From the sequence record LR756501.1: a stretch of 64,000 nucleotides of DNA. One strand, given 5' to 3'. Below, one piece after another: positions 40,825 to 50,171 of the stretch. The position numbers and the translations under genes are program-made. Below the pieces are notes generated by a model. That model was not told the DNA's origin. It saw nothing but the letters and a program-made list of their open reading frames with translations, and made no database searches. How positions within the stretch are numbered: the stretch's first letter is position 1; the number at the start of each line of letters is the position of its first letter.

Positions 40825-41107
40825 CTTTAAGTTTATTTATTAGTTCAATTAATATATCGCCGTGACAAGGTTTTGGACTACACCAACAACCTAATGTCTT
40901 TCCCTCTAATTCCCCTAAAGAACTAAGTAAATGAGGTTGATTTAATATCCATTCTTTATATTTAGTTATAGCTTCTTTTCTTGTATCTACAAGAAATTCT
41001 GCTTTAGTTTGTTTGTCTTTAATGTGTGTAAATGGATTTCCCCATTTCGAAGGTCTTCCAATGTACACATCATATTTATCTCTCTTACAATGTACTACTT
41101 TGGTCAT
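40814..41107 (-). CDS. DUF4326 family protein
   Basis: VVHCKRDKYDVYIGRPSKWGNPF..LEGKTLGCWCSPKPCHGDIL; start moved to MTKVV. Confidence 0.88.
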   Translation of the reverse strand: MTKVVHCKRDKYDVYIGRPSKWGNPFTHIKDKQTKAEFLVDTRKEAITKYKEWILNQPHLLSSLGELEGKTLGCWCSPKPCHGDILIELINKLKDEH

Positions 41108-41155
41108 TTTATTTAATCTTTTGCAAAAATACAATAATTAATCTAAATAAAAAAA

Positions 41156-41335
41156 TTATTTATTAGAATAATCGTATATATCAGAATCCACATTTTCTCT
41201 CAAAGAGTCAATACCGTCTTCACATGCTTGTTTAGTTGTGTAGCCTTCACTTACTGCAACTATTTCACCATTACGTGCTTTAACTCTGAAATAAAATTGT
41301 TCGTCTACTCCAGTGAAAATTTCTATCTTTCCCAT
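41156..41335 (-). CDS. YegP/DUF1508 (UPF0339) family protein, not in ORF track
   Basis: MGKIEIFTGVDEQFYFRVKARNGEIVAVSEGYTTKQACEDGIDSLRENV. Confidence 0.85.
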   Translation of the reverse strand: MGKIEIFTGVDEQFYFRVKARNGEIVAVSEGYTTKQACEDGIDSLRENVDSDIYDYSNK

Positions 41336-41351
41336 AGCTTTTCTTTATTTT

Positions 41352-41744
41352 TTATAGGTTTATCAATGTGCCTAAGTTCCAATTCTCAGTATTTGTTCTT
41401 TTATAATACTCGTTCTTCCATAATTCAAAATCCCATCTTTCGTCAACTAAAAACCTTATCTTCTTACCGTTAGCGTCAGCGTATTCTATTTCACTTTTAG
41501 TTGACGCTCCGATATAACCACCTGGGTTTATAACGAAGATTTCGTTACATAGATCAATTTTACCTTTATGTAATTGATCCAGCATAGTTTTTTCTTCTAC
41601 TGTTAATTTCTCACCGTCTGCCTGTCCAAACAAACCAACTGAAATAACAATATTTCCTTGAAGTGTTAACCATTTAGTAACATCAAGGAAATCTTCTTTA
41701 AACTTAGTGCTTCCGCACAAAGTTATAACATTAAATTTATCCAT
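41352..41744 (-). CDS. Nucleoside deoxyribosyltransferase-like/DUF4406-like protein
   Basis: VITLCGSTKF..HKGKIDLCNEIFVINPGGYIGASTKSEIEYA. Confidence 0.6.
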   Translation of the reverse strand: MDKFNVITLCGSTKFKEDFLDVTKWLTLQGNIVISVGLFGQADGEKLTVEEKTMLDQLHKGKIDLCNEIFVINPGGYIGASTKSEIEYADANGKKIRFLVDERWDFELWKNEYYKRTNTENWNLGTLINL

Positions 41745-42036
41745 TCAATCTCTCTTTATATTTTTGTAGTTCGTCAATTAAAGTATCAATTTCGTTTGTT
41801 GTAACGTTATCATATTCCTCTAATTGGAATCTACCTGGATAGATAAGTTCTACCCTACTTTGCCCTTGTCTAATAGGAAGCCATACGTGTTCGATGTAAT
41901 AATTTTCTTTAACGTCTTCTGGTAAATTTAAAGGTGCGTATTCTTGCATCAATTGATACAATGATTGTTCTGCCTGTTGGCGTGTTAATCCATCTACATT
42001 AACGTAAAACGCCATTACTATAAGTTTTCTTTTCAT
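41737..42036 (-). CDS. Hypothetical protein
   Basis: 99 aa ORF. Confidence 0.65.
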   Translation of the reverse strand: MKRKLIVMAFYVNVDGLTRQQAEQSLYQLMQEYAPLNLPEDVKENYYIEHVWLPIRQGQSRVELIYPGRFQLEEYDNVTTNEIDTLIDELQKYKERLNG

Positions 42037-42038
42037 AA

Positions 42039-42389
42039 TTAAAATGATTGCTCTGCAAATCCACCTTCAAACCAGTAATACGTATCACCAGGTTTTGGTA
42101 ATGGATCTACTCCTTTATTTTCTTTTCCGCTTCTATTATGACCCTTCATTTCGTCAATAGTGTAATATCCTTTCATAGAAAGGGCACCTTGTACAAAACC
42201 TAACCACCTGTTAGCTTTTTCTTTTTTATCTGGGTTATCTAATATATTTGGAATTTCATTAACCATCCACAAAATGTGGTTCATATCGTAATCGTTACTA
42301 AATGGTTCACGGTGTTTTGGAGTAAATCCTTCTTTCCTCAAAAGTTCACCGTACTCTACACATATTTCTGCTATTTGATTCTTGTCCAT
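42039..42389 (-). CDS. Hypothetical protein
   Basis: HILWMVNEI..EKANRWLGFVQGAL pattern. Confidence 0.7.
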   Translation of the reverse strand: MDKNQIAEICVEYGELLRKEGFTPKHREPFSNDYDMNHILWMVNEIPNILDNPDKKEKANRWLGFVQGALSMKGYYTIDEMKGHNRSGKENKGVDPLPKPGDTYYWFEGGFAEQSF

Positions 42390-42453
42390 TGTCGTGTATT
42401 TTTTATCTTTTTTTATACAAAATATTAGGAAAAGTTTTTTAATATATAGAGTT

Positions 42454-43179
42454 ATGATAAAAGATTATTTCACATATATAAAAGAATCTATTGAAGAAGA
42501 AAAATTTAAAATAGGTGATAAAGTTATCATTAATGGTATAGTTGACGATACTGGGTTTGATAATCAACCAGATACAATAGACGATATATCAGAAGATAGA
42601 GTTGATACCAATATGGACAAAAATGGTCAATGTGATATGTACCCATATAAAGGTATAACTTATCATATGGCTGAAGCACAATGGTGGGTATCTCCATATA
42701 ATTTGAAGAAAGGTAATTATAAAAGAGTATTCAGTAAAGAAGATCCTTACGGTGAAGAAAACTGGGATAAAGAAACCAACGAGGCCAAGAAAGTTAAAGG
42801 AGAAGAGATATTGATGCCTTTAATGGGGAACGAATTTCAATTAGGTGTTAATCATTCAATAAGAGATATCATGGGTGGAAGAATGAATGAAATTGGAAGA
42901 AACGTTGTTATCGATCTTTTAGGTAAAACAAAAGGTAAAAAGGTGTGGTTTGTTAATACGAAGTTAGGTAAAAATCTTAAAAAAGAAAGAATATCAGAGG
43001 GGTTTTACTGGATGGAAGATAGAGAGAACGGTTGGCTAGGTTGGTCACTTATGATGATAGGCACTAAAAAAGATTATTTTGTTAATGTAACTAGACAAAT
43101 TGGATATTATACAGAAGGGGAAAAATATAAAAGAACAATATCACCACTTGATCCTTACGGTGAAGAAGTATGGGATTAA
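42454..43179 (+). CDS. Two-module protein, each module ending in DPYGEExW
   Basis: Start moved to MIKDYFTYIKES after TAATATATA; tags at 42742 and 43150. Confidence 0.75.
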   Translation: MIKDYFTYIKESIEEEKFKIGDKVIINGIVDDTGFDNQPDTIDDISEDRVDTNMDKNGQCDMYPYKGITYHMAEAQWWVSPYNLKKGNYKRVFSKEDPYGEENWDKETNEAKKVKGEEILMPLMGNEFQLGVNHSIRDIMGGRMNEIGRNVVIDLLGKTKGKKVWFVNTKLGKNLKKERISEGFYWMEDRENGWLGWSLMMIGTKKDYFVNVTRQIGYYTEGEKYKRTISPLDPYGEEVWD

Positions 43180-43196
43180 AAAAGAAAAATAAAGAT

Positions 43197-43571
43197 ATGG
43201 TAAAAAATTATTTACAATTCATAAACGAAGCAGATGCACCTCCACCAGCACCAGCTCCACAAGCACCACCAGCTCAGCCTCCTGCACAACCAGCTCCAGC
43301 TGCACAACCACCAGCTCAACCAGCTCAAAGTGGTTCAACTCAAAATGAACTATCTGCACAAGAACCAGCACCACAAGGACAATCAACAGAAGAAAAATCT
43401 GGTGATTTATCTAACTATAACAACGAAGGTGCAACTAAATTTCCTGATACTGTTAAGAAAATGGTGGACTTAATAAAAGACTTGGATAAGGAACAACTTA
43501 TTAAATTAAGAACTCTCATAGCAGAGTTGAAAAGTATCAACGACGCCAAAGCTGAAATCGGAAAACTATGA
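43197..43571 (+). CDS. Pro/Ala/Gln-rich protein with N-terminal KNYLQFINE tag
   Basis: Start moved to MVKNYLQFINEA. Confidence 0.7.
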   Translation: MVKNYLQFINEADAPPPAPAPQAPPAQPPAQPAPAAQPPAQPAQSGSTQNELSAQEPAPQGQSTEEKSGDLSNYNNEGATKFPDTVKKMVDLIKDLDKEQLIKLRTLIAELKSINDAKAEIGKL

Positions 43572-43945
43572 TAAAAATGTTCGAACAATTCAAAGAAAGT
43601 CTAGAAGATCCTTATGGAGAAGAAATAGAAGGTGAACTACCAGTACAAGATAACGATAAAGATATTCCAGATGATGAAATGGTAGATATTGATGATCTCT
43701 ACGACGTTATGGGCGACTTGATGTGGAAAGCCAATGTGCTCTATTGTAAATTTAGTGGTGAAAATCCAGATGAAGTTGATAACGCTCCTTCACCCGAAGA
43801 CGCTATGGAATCAATGGATGAAATACCCGAAGATAGTGAATATTACGAAGAGGCTACAAACATTTCAAATGAAATAGGTACACTCCAAGAACAAATTGAC
43901 GAAAAAGAAGCAGAAGAAGCTTTTGAAGACGATGACGAAGATTAA
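43568..43945 (+). CDS. Very acidic protein with KMFEQF and DPYGEE tags
   Basis: MIKMFEQFKESLEDPYGEE; D/E-rich throughout. Confidence 0.7.
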   Translation: MIKMFEQFKESLEDPYGEEIEGELPVQDNDKDIPDDEMVDIDDLYDVMGDLMWKANVLYCKFSGENPDEVDNAPSPEDAMESMDEIPEDSEYYEEATNISNEIGTLQEQIDEKEAEEAFEDDDED

Positions 43946-45642
43946 TCTTCTCTTATCATCGAATAACCATTCACTTTCTCCATCCTTATAACTCTATCAA
44001 AATGAACTATATCGAAAGTTAAAGGTGTCGCTATAATTACATTCATTTTATTTCTCTTCGAGAAGTTTCTTAATACCTTTAATATCAAATCTACGTTCTC
44101 ATCATCCACAGAAGCAAAGACTTCATCCATAAAAAGTATGTTAGTTCTCTTATTCATACTTATTACCATTTCCATATAAGATAAAGCAATAGCCACATTT
44201 ATCTTTCTAGCTTCACCTGTTGATAAAGACTCTACATGAATATCATCTATAAACCTCTCCTTTATTATAGCGTCAAAATTATCATCTAACCTCACATTAA
44301 ACATTGACTCTAAATCAATTAAATACTTCGCTAAATGTTCATTAATTGGATCAACAACAGTCTTTATAATACCTCTCCTTATACCCTTCTCTGATAAAAG
44401 TTCTACCAACTTCTCTTGCTTAACAATTTTCTCACCTAATTTATCAAACGCTTTACTGTATTTAATGTTTTCACTTTCAAGTAGTTCCACATTTCTATTT
44501 AATTCTACGATAGATACTGAATCTGTATTTCTATCGTATTCGTTTCTAAGGTCTTTAATTTTATCTTTAAGGTAATCAAATCTAATCTCTTTTTGATTAA
44601 GTTCGTTCATTACTTGTTTTCTTTCATCTACTTTGGCTGATACTTCTATTCTAACTTCGTTGTAACTCTTTTTGAGTTCTATTAAACTATTCTTAGCTTC
44701 TTCGTATTCTTGAAGAAGTTTTTTAAGTTCTTTGTCGTGAAAATCGTCTGTTAGTACAGAACCACAGAAAGGGCAACTGCCTTCTTTGAATATATCAATC
44801 TTCTTACTTAACTCACCTAATAAGAATTCGTCTTCTGTAATTTTACTTTTCTTAATATTATAAATATCACTTTTACTTCTTATCTCTGGTATTAACCCAC
44901 TAACAACCTCTTTCAAATCATTTATATCATTCTTTAACGGTATGAATTCAGTCTTATATCCTGTAATTTCTTCTTTAATCTTCTGTTTATCAATACTTCC
45001 ACTGTTCTCTAATATGATTTGAACGTTATTTTTATAAGTTCCTATTGTATTTGTATTTGTAAGTATGAGTGATTCTAATTTTTCTTTTCTTTTATATGAG
45101 TTCTTTAATAGTTCTTTAGCGATGGATAAATAACTATCCATTTCATCTATGTTAAATAATTTATTAAGAAGTTTCTTTTTAGTTTCAGTATCAAGATTAA
45201 TGAAGTTTGCGAAGTCAGCCAGGTTGAGGGATACAAGAGATTTATAAGTATTATATTCTATACCAATTATATCATCTTTTTCTTGTTGTTGCATAACTTC
45301 ATATCTATCAGTTCTATCTGCGCCGTTGATAGATATTTTGAAACCTTTAGGTGTAAGTCTTCTGTTTATAATAACGTTATCGTTGTTCCAGTTAACAAAA
45401 TCAATTTCAGTTTCGAGATTTTTATTGGTTCTATTGGGTAGGATATAGTTAGGAACTCTTTTGGTATTTTTACCTCTAACTATATTAAAGAGGGCAAAGT
45501 CAATAGACTCAAGGAGGCTGGACTTACCTTTACCGTTGGTACCAGTAAGCAGAATAAGTGAGCCTTCTTCTGAGAAGGTTAATTTTTGTAAGTTATTACC
45601 ATAACTTTTGAAGTTTCTTAACGATATTGAGTTTATTATCAT
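43942..45642 (-). CDS. sbcC: Recombination exonuclease ATPase subunit (T4 gp46/SbcC/Rad50)
   Basis: ISLRNFKSYG, GTNGKGKSS, Zn hook CPFC, LSTGE, LFMDEVF, coiled coil. Confidence 0.92.
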   Translation of the reverse strand: MIINSISLRNFKSYGNNLQKLTFSEEGSLILLTGTNGKGKSSLLESIDFALFNIVRGKNTKRVPNYILPNRTNKNLETEIDFVNWNNDNVIINRRLTPKGFKISINGADRTDRYEVMQQQEKDDIIGIEYNTYKSLVSLNLADFANFINLDTETKKKLLNKLFNIDEMDSYLSIAKELLKNSYKRKEKLESLILTNTNTIGTYKNNVQIILENSGSIDKQKIKEEITGYKTEFIPLKNDINDLKEVVSGLIPEIRSKSDIYNIKKSKITEDEFLLGELSKKIDIFKEGSCPFCGSVLTDDFHDKELKKLLQEYEEAKNSLIELKKSYNEVRIEVSAKVDERKQVMNELNQKEIRFDYLKDKIKDLRNEYDRNTDSVSIVELNRNVELLESENIKYSKAFDKLGEKIVKQEKLVELLSEKGIRRGIIKTVVDPINEHLAKYLIDLESMFNVRLDDNFDAIIKERFIDDIHVESLSTGEARKINVAIALSYMEMVISMNKRTNILFMDEVFASVDDENVDLILKVLRNFSKRNKMNVIIATPLTFDIVHFDRVIRMEKVNGYSMIRED

Positions 45643-45901
45643 TTAATACTTTATCTATTAATTCTGTTCTAGTTTTATTTTTCCATTCACCAACCGAAAT
45701 TAAACATTCACCTTCCCAACCACATTTACATGTATAATATATTTTAACTTTAGATGTTAAATTAAAAATGTAATCAACTGATCCACAAGACGGACAAACG
45801 TAATCTTCATTCTTAGCTAATACTGAATAACTTGTAAAAGTACCATCCGTCCACTCTTCGGGTTTATGTTTATTTAGCATACTATAATAGTCAAATTCCA
45901 T
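45596..45901 (-). CDS. Zn-ribbon protein with RTELIDKVL tag
   Basis: CPSCG..CKCGWEG. Confidence 0.7.
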   Translation of the reverse strand: MEFDYYSMLNKHKPEEWTDGTFTSYSVLAKNEDYVCPSCGSVDYIFNLTSKVKIYYTCKCGWEGECLISVGEWKNKTRTELIDKVLNDNKLNIVKKLQKLW

Positions 45902-46136
45902 CTAACACCTTGTCTATTAATTTTGTTCTCTTAATATTCTTATATACATTTTCATTCATTAATTCATTTCCAACGTGTCCACATCCTAAACATTCGTAAC
46001 TACTTATAACATGAATTTTTACGTTGTCTCTTATTTCTTCCTTACTTTCGAATTTCCATTCAGTAGATCCGCAAATAGGACAAACACTACCTACCATACC
46101 AAATATTTCAGCGAATAAATTATATTTTTTCTTCAT
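45891..46136 (-). CDS. Zn-ribbon protein with RTKLIDKVL tag
   Basis: CPICG..CLGCG. Confidence 0.7.
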   Translation of the reverse strand: MKKKYNLFAEIFGMVGSVCPICGSTEWKFESKEEIRDNVKIHVISSYECLGCGHVGNELMNENVYKNIKRTKLIDKVLDGI

Positions 46137-46404
46137 TTAATACTTTATCTATTAATTCTGTTCTTAATATGTTTTGAGTTTCCTCGGGGGTGTAAAAATG
46201 TTCGTATCCTTCTTGTTTTGAAAATACCCAATCTGGACCAGTTTTTTGTTTTATTAAAGTTGATCTATGATTAGGTAATCCCATTGATACAGCACCAGAA
46301 TCAATATATTCAAATTCAACATCGTATAATTCACCTACTGTTAAAGGGAAATAACATTTTCCCTTATAAAGTTTTTCATATGATTTTTTACACAAGGATT
46401 TCAT
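46120..46404 (-). CDS. Small protein with RTELIDKVL tag
   Basis: MKSLCKKSY..FYTPEETQNILRTELIDKVL. Confidence 0.7.
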   Translation of the reverse strand: MKSLCKKSYEKLYKGKCYFPLTVGELYDVEFEYIDSGAVSMGLPNHRSTLIKQKTGPDWVFSKQEGYEHFYTPEETQNILRTELIDKVLNEEKI

Positions 46405-46630
46405 TTAGTGCTCTATCTATTAATTTTGTTCTTTTAGTGTTTTTAAATTCTTCTTCTGTATTAATAAGTTCACGATACTCACCGACCCATTTACATTCTG
46501 GGCAAGAGGTTGGGACTTTATCATAAATCCAATCACCTTTTTCATTTTTTTCTGTCGCTGGGTCTATAAATGTTGTTTCTTTTGAAAAACAATTTGGGCA
46601 ATATTTACCAATCCATCCTCTAGTCGACAT
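46388..46630 (-). CDS. Zn-ribbon protein with RTKLIDRAL tag
   Basis: Start moved to MSTRGW; CPNC..CPECKWVG. Confidence 0.7.
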   Translation of the reverse strand: MSTRGWIGKYCPNCFSKETTFIDPATEKNEKGDWIYDKVPTSCPECKWVGEYRELINTEEEFKNTKRTKLIDRALNEILV

Positions 46631-46646
46631 ACCTTCTTCTGTTTTT

Positions 46647-46859
46647 CTATCTCTCCAATAACATATCATCTATTAATTGTGTTCTTTTTCTACACAACAT
46701 TTCATCTCTATGCAACATGTCTCTATATTCACCTTCCCAATCACAATCATGACAATTCACAATGCTACCGTTTTGAGTCTTAAAAAAATCATTACCTAAA
46801 CAAATAGGACAATATTTGAAATGTCCAACAATTTTCAACATAATTTTCTTATGTTCCAT
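46647..46859 (-). CDS. Zn-ribbon protein with RTQLIDDML tag
   Basis: Start moved to MEHKK; CPIC..CHDCDWEG; ends in TAG. Confidence 0.7.
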   Translation of the reverse strand: MEHKKIMLKIVGHFKYCPICLGNDFFKTQNGSIVNCHDCDWEGEYRDMLHRDEMLCRKRTQLIDDMLLER

Positions 46860-47427
46860 ATTTATATTTCTCCAATAAACTATAAATAACAAAAGCGTGT
46901 CCCATTTTCATGTTAGGATCGTTACAAACCTCTGTTAAATTTTTACCCATTTCAATATGATTATAACCGTCAAAATCTATCAAATAAATATCTTTCTTTG
47001 TAGTACGATAAATCTGTAAAAGTTGTTTAAAAGCTTTCGTTTTTATACAACCCCTTGCATATATTGGTATATATATCTTCTTCCTAGCTTCTATGTAAGT
47101 TAACTTTTCACCGTCCCACCACGAGTAAAGTGGTTTAACTCCTTTACCCATTGGGTACCTGTGAGCGTAACTATCATTCCAAATTCTTTGCGCCCAAAGG
47201 AAATAATCTTTGGTTGGTGTGCCGTTGTTATCGTGTTGAGCGTAGACTTTACTGGCTTGCCAAGCGTTTTCTACGTTTTTAGCGTAGTATTTACCGTAGA
47301 GATGACCACCTTCTATTATGAATGGAGAAAATCCTTTTGTCCAATTATCACTTCTAGATGTGGTATCTATAATGATTGCTGTATCTGGCAATCTATCTTT
47401 GTTCCAATATTTTTCTACATATAACAT
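46849..47427 (-). CDS. DUF6939-like conserved protein
   Basis: IIDTTSRS..FSPF..VENAWQASKVY..RYPMGKG..YIEARKKIYIPIY..MGHA. Family name is from memory and unverified. Confidence 0.55.
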   Translation of the reverse strand: MLYVEKYWNKDRLPDTAIIIDTTSRSDNWTKGFSPFIIEGGHLYGKYYAKNVENAWQASKVYAQHDNNGTPTKDYFLWAQRIWNDSYAHRYPMGKGVKPLYSWWDGEKLTYIEARKKIYIPIYARGCIKTKAFKQLLQIYRTTKKDIYLIDFDGYNHIEMGKNLTEVCNDPNMKMGHAFVIYSLLEKYKYGT

Positions 47428-47849
47428 TACTTTAACATATTGTCTATCAACAATGTTCTTTTCATATTTTTTATTTCGTCTTTATCCATGAACATGTGTT
47501 CACTTTTAAAATAGTAAGTCCAAGGTCTTCCAAAAGTTATAACTGGATAAGTTGTACCTATTGGTACATTTTTTCTAGATTCCTTTTCTTTTGTTACAAC
47601 TGAAAATTTTAATATTATATTATTCTTATATTTAATATTATAACCATATCCAGTAAATCCTTTAGATATAAGATCTTCATGTGTTATTTTATTATAAAAA
47701 AACACAGGTAATAATTTAACAAATTCTTTATTTCTCCAAGTTATTCTCCTTAACTCTTTAAGAAGAGCAATTTTTACCTCTACTGTATCATTAATGTCTA
47801 TAAAATCTGGGAAAGCCTTTAAAAATTTAAAGTAGTCTATTTGTTTCAT
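47427..47849 (-). CDS. Hypothetical protein with RTLLIDNML tag
   Basis: 140 aa ORF. Confidence 0.65.
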   Translation of the reverse strand: MKQIDYFKFLKAFPDFIDINDTVEVKIALLKELRRITWRNKEFVKLLPVFFYNKITHEDLISKGFTGYGYNIKYKNNIILKFSVVTKEKESRKNVPIGTTYPVITFGRPWTYYFKSEHMFMDKDEIKNMKRTLLIDNMLK

Positions 47850-47903
47850 TTCTATTATATGACGAAAATCAAAAATGGTTTATAAAAAATAATATATAGG
47901 TTT

Positions 47904-48617
47904 ATGGATTATATGAAGTCATACAAAGACAAGTTAAATGAGGAAGTCAATGATATGGATATTGGTTTTGATTTAACCACTATCTTCAATAAAATACCTG
48001 ATGATCCTAAAAGTCCAGAGGTACAACGTCTTATTGAAATAGCCAAAAAAGGTAATCTCTATAAATATATCACTACCGGTGAAAGGAAACTCACCTTTGG
48101 TATGTTAAAAGCCTTACATGAAGACGCTTTGGCGTTCAAGAAAAAAAGAGAATTAACACAAGGTGTAGAAAAAGCCTTATGGAGAATAGTTCCACTTATT
48201 CTTGCACCAATTTTCTTACCTATATGGGCAATATCATTCTTACTTGGTGGTGCTAGAGCTTTAAATAAGGTTATGGTTCAAGTTTCAAAAATGAATAATA
48301 GAACATACGATGGTTTCTTACATAATATTATAAATAAAACAATGGACCTAACGGAAGGTGAGATTACAAGATTAACTAGTGATGACTGGTTCTATAAATC
48401 TTTTGCTATAGAAAAAGGTCTTATTAATATGGTAAGAAAAGAACACATTATAGATTTTAGTTTTTATATAGTTAAGAAGATACAATATCAAGATGACTTA
48501 GCAATTGTGCCACCATATTTCGTTGAGAATGAATTTAGAAGATGGTTGAATAAGAAATTTAGGTTTGAACCCCCATTACCGTTAAAGAAGAAGCCAAATA
48601 GGCACGAAAAATTCTGA
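47904..48617 (+). CDS. Hypothetical protein with N-terminal KSY..LNEE tag and hydrophobic hairpin
   Basis: Follows TAATATATA. Confidence 0.7.
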   Translation: MDYMKSYKDKLNEEVNDMDIGFDLTTIFNKIPDDPKSPEVQRLIEIAKKGNLYKYITTGERKLTFGMLKALHEDALAFKKKRELTQGVEKALWRIVPLILAPIFLPIWAISFLLGGARALNKVMVQVSKMNNRTYDGFLHNIINKTMDLTEGEITRLTSDDWFYKSFAIEKGLINMVRKEHIIDFSFYIVKKIQYQDDLAIVPPYFVENEFRRWLNKKFRFEPPLPLKKKPNRHEKF

Positions 48618-48656
48618 CGTACAGAGGCTACTTTAATATATAAAGATAAAAGCCAT

Positions 48657-49077
48657 ATGGGACTAGCACATTTTACAAACATTCACACAGCAAACTGTTA
48701 TATTGAACCAATATACAAAGCTCTTGCTGAAGCAGAATTTTACGAAGAGAATAAAATCAATCCAATTCCTTTATTCACAGAACAAATTTATAAGATAAAT
48801 GATAATAAAATTTATTTCAATCTTAATTGGGACATTAAAGATAAATAAAGAGATTATACCACCTTTGGATAAAATTGTAGAATTAATAAAAAATGAAACA
48901 CCATTAACCGTAAATGTTTCATTTCACGATAGAGAAGGTGTTATAATGTATAAAACTAAAATGGAGAAATTCAAATTCACTAAAATTCTGAATGATTTAG
49001 ATTTCGATTATAATCAAAAAGATTTCAAAGATTTAGTGGTAGAATATACCTATGAAAGAAAGGAGATTTTAGTATGA
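48657..49077 (+). pseudogene. Tail-tube (gp19)-like gene split by a +1 frameshift near 48835-48848 (pseudogene, programmed shift or sequence error)
   Basis: ORF1 MGLAHF..EPIYK resembles a tube N-terminus. The +1 frame ORF2 carries VNVSFHDREGVIMY..F....LDFDY..VEYTYE, resembling a tube C-terminus. Confidence 0.55.
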
Positions 49078-49424
49078 GCCCACTAGCACATTTTCCGGGA
49101 GGACCAAGATATTGGGGTGATGCCCAGATATACTTAAATCCAATAGTTTTATGTTTCGATAATAAAGAATGCGATAAATTATTGAAAATTGAAATACCAA
49201 ATCCAATAGATAAAAAAACTTCATCAATTAAAGCGTCTTTTAAAGAAGATGACGAAATGAGAAATACTCTTTTAAAAGAAAATCCAAAGGATTTAAGAAT
49301 AGAATTCTATGATAGAGAAGGTAAAACTATAAGAATCATTTACATGCGAGAATGTAAATGTGTTGAAATGCCTAATAACGAGGTTGAAATTCAATTAGAA
49401 TCTTGGGAAGATAAATATTTTTAA
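49074..49424 (+). CDS. Short degenerate tail-tube-like paralog
   Basis: MSPLAHF..IYLN..IEFYDREGKTIRIIYMREC parallels the upstream gene. Confidence 0.55.
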   Translation: MSPLAHFPGGPRYWGDAQIYLNPIVLCFDNKECDKLLKIEIPNPIDKKTSSIKASFKEDDEMRNTLLKENPKDLRIEFYDREGKTIRIIYMRECKCVEMPNNEVEIQLESWEDKYF

Positions 49425-49702
49425 TCTAAAGTTAAATCTCTAACGTCATCTTCGACTTGATCGTAAAAATCTGGATATTCGTCTTCTATAATAGATAGAA
49501 TTTCGTCTGCTTTATCCATTCTATAATCTAAGTCGTCACTTCCAAGTAATTTATCTAATTTCTTGTCTATACTCTTGTTTTTCAGAAGTTTAAAGAATCT
49601 GATTATATTACCGTCGTATTCTATTTCACCTGACCATTTTTCTTCACCGTAAGGGTCTAGTTCGCTTTTATCTGCGTTTTCGTTAAATTTCTTTATTTTC
49701 AT
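49421..49702 (-). CDS. Small acidic protein with KKFNE and DPYGEEKW tags
   Basis: MKIKKFNENADKSELDPYGEEKW. Confidence 0.7.
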   Translation of the reverse strand: MKIKKFNENADKSELDPYGEEKWSGEIEYDGNIIRFFKLLKNKSIDKKLDKLLGSDDLDYRMDKADEILSIIEDEYPDFYDQVEDDVRDLTLD

Positions 49703-50142
49703 ATATATGCTTCGTGTTTGTTGCCTTCTATATCGTAGGCAATTAATTTCATACTACTTAAATAACATTTATCTTGAAAATCATTTTGAGGATCGTTTGG
49801 AGCGTTGTCTACAAGATCTTGTAAATCATCTTCTATTTCAACATCGGGTCTTCCACCCCTGTTACTAATAACATTTCTATATTCTCCATTAATTCTTCTA
49901 GAACGAATTCTACCACCGTAACTACCACAATCTAAAACTTTCTTGAGTCTTTTATATTTTTCAATTATTTCTTTGATTTCATCGGCGTGTTCGTCTATTT
50001 CAGAATATCTTATTCCCAATGAAATTTCTTCTGGGTGACGAGTATCAGCGTCTCCGCCTTCGTATAACAACCACAACCAAACTTGGTCTGTTTTACATCT
50101 TTCAACTTCTTTAAATTTGAAGCCTTCAAAATTTTTGATCAT
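49699..50142 (-). CDS. Hypothetical protein with KNFEGF tag
   Basis: Follows TAATATATA at 50159-50167(-). Confidence 0.7.
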   Translation of the reverse strand: MIKNFEGFKFKEVERCKTDQVWLWLLYEGGDADTRHPEEISLGIRYSEIDEHADEIKEIIEKYKRLKKVLDCGSYGGRIRSRRINGEYRNVISNRGGRPDVEIEDDLQDLVDNAPNDPQNDFQDKCYLSSMKLIAYDIEGNKHEAYI

Positions 50143-50171
50143 AATTTGATTTTTATTTTATATATTAAAAT

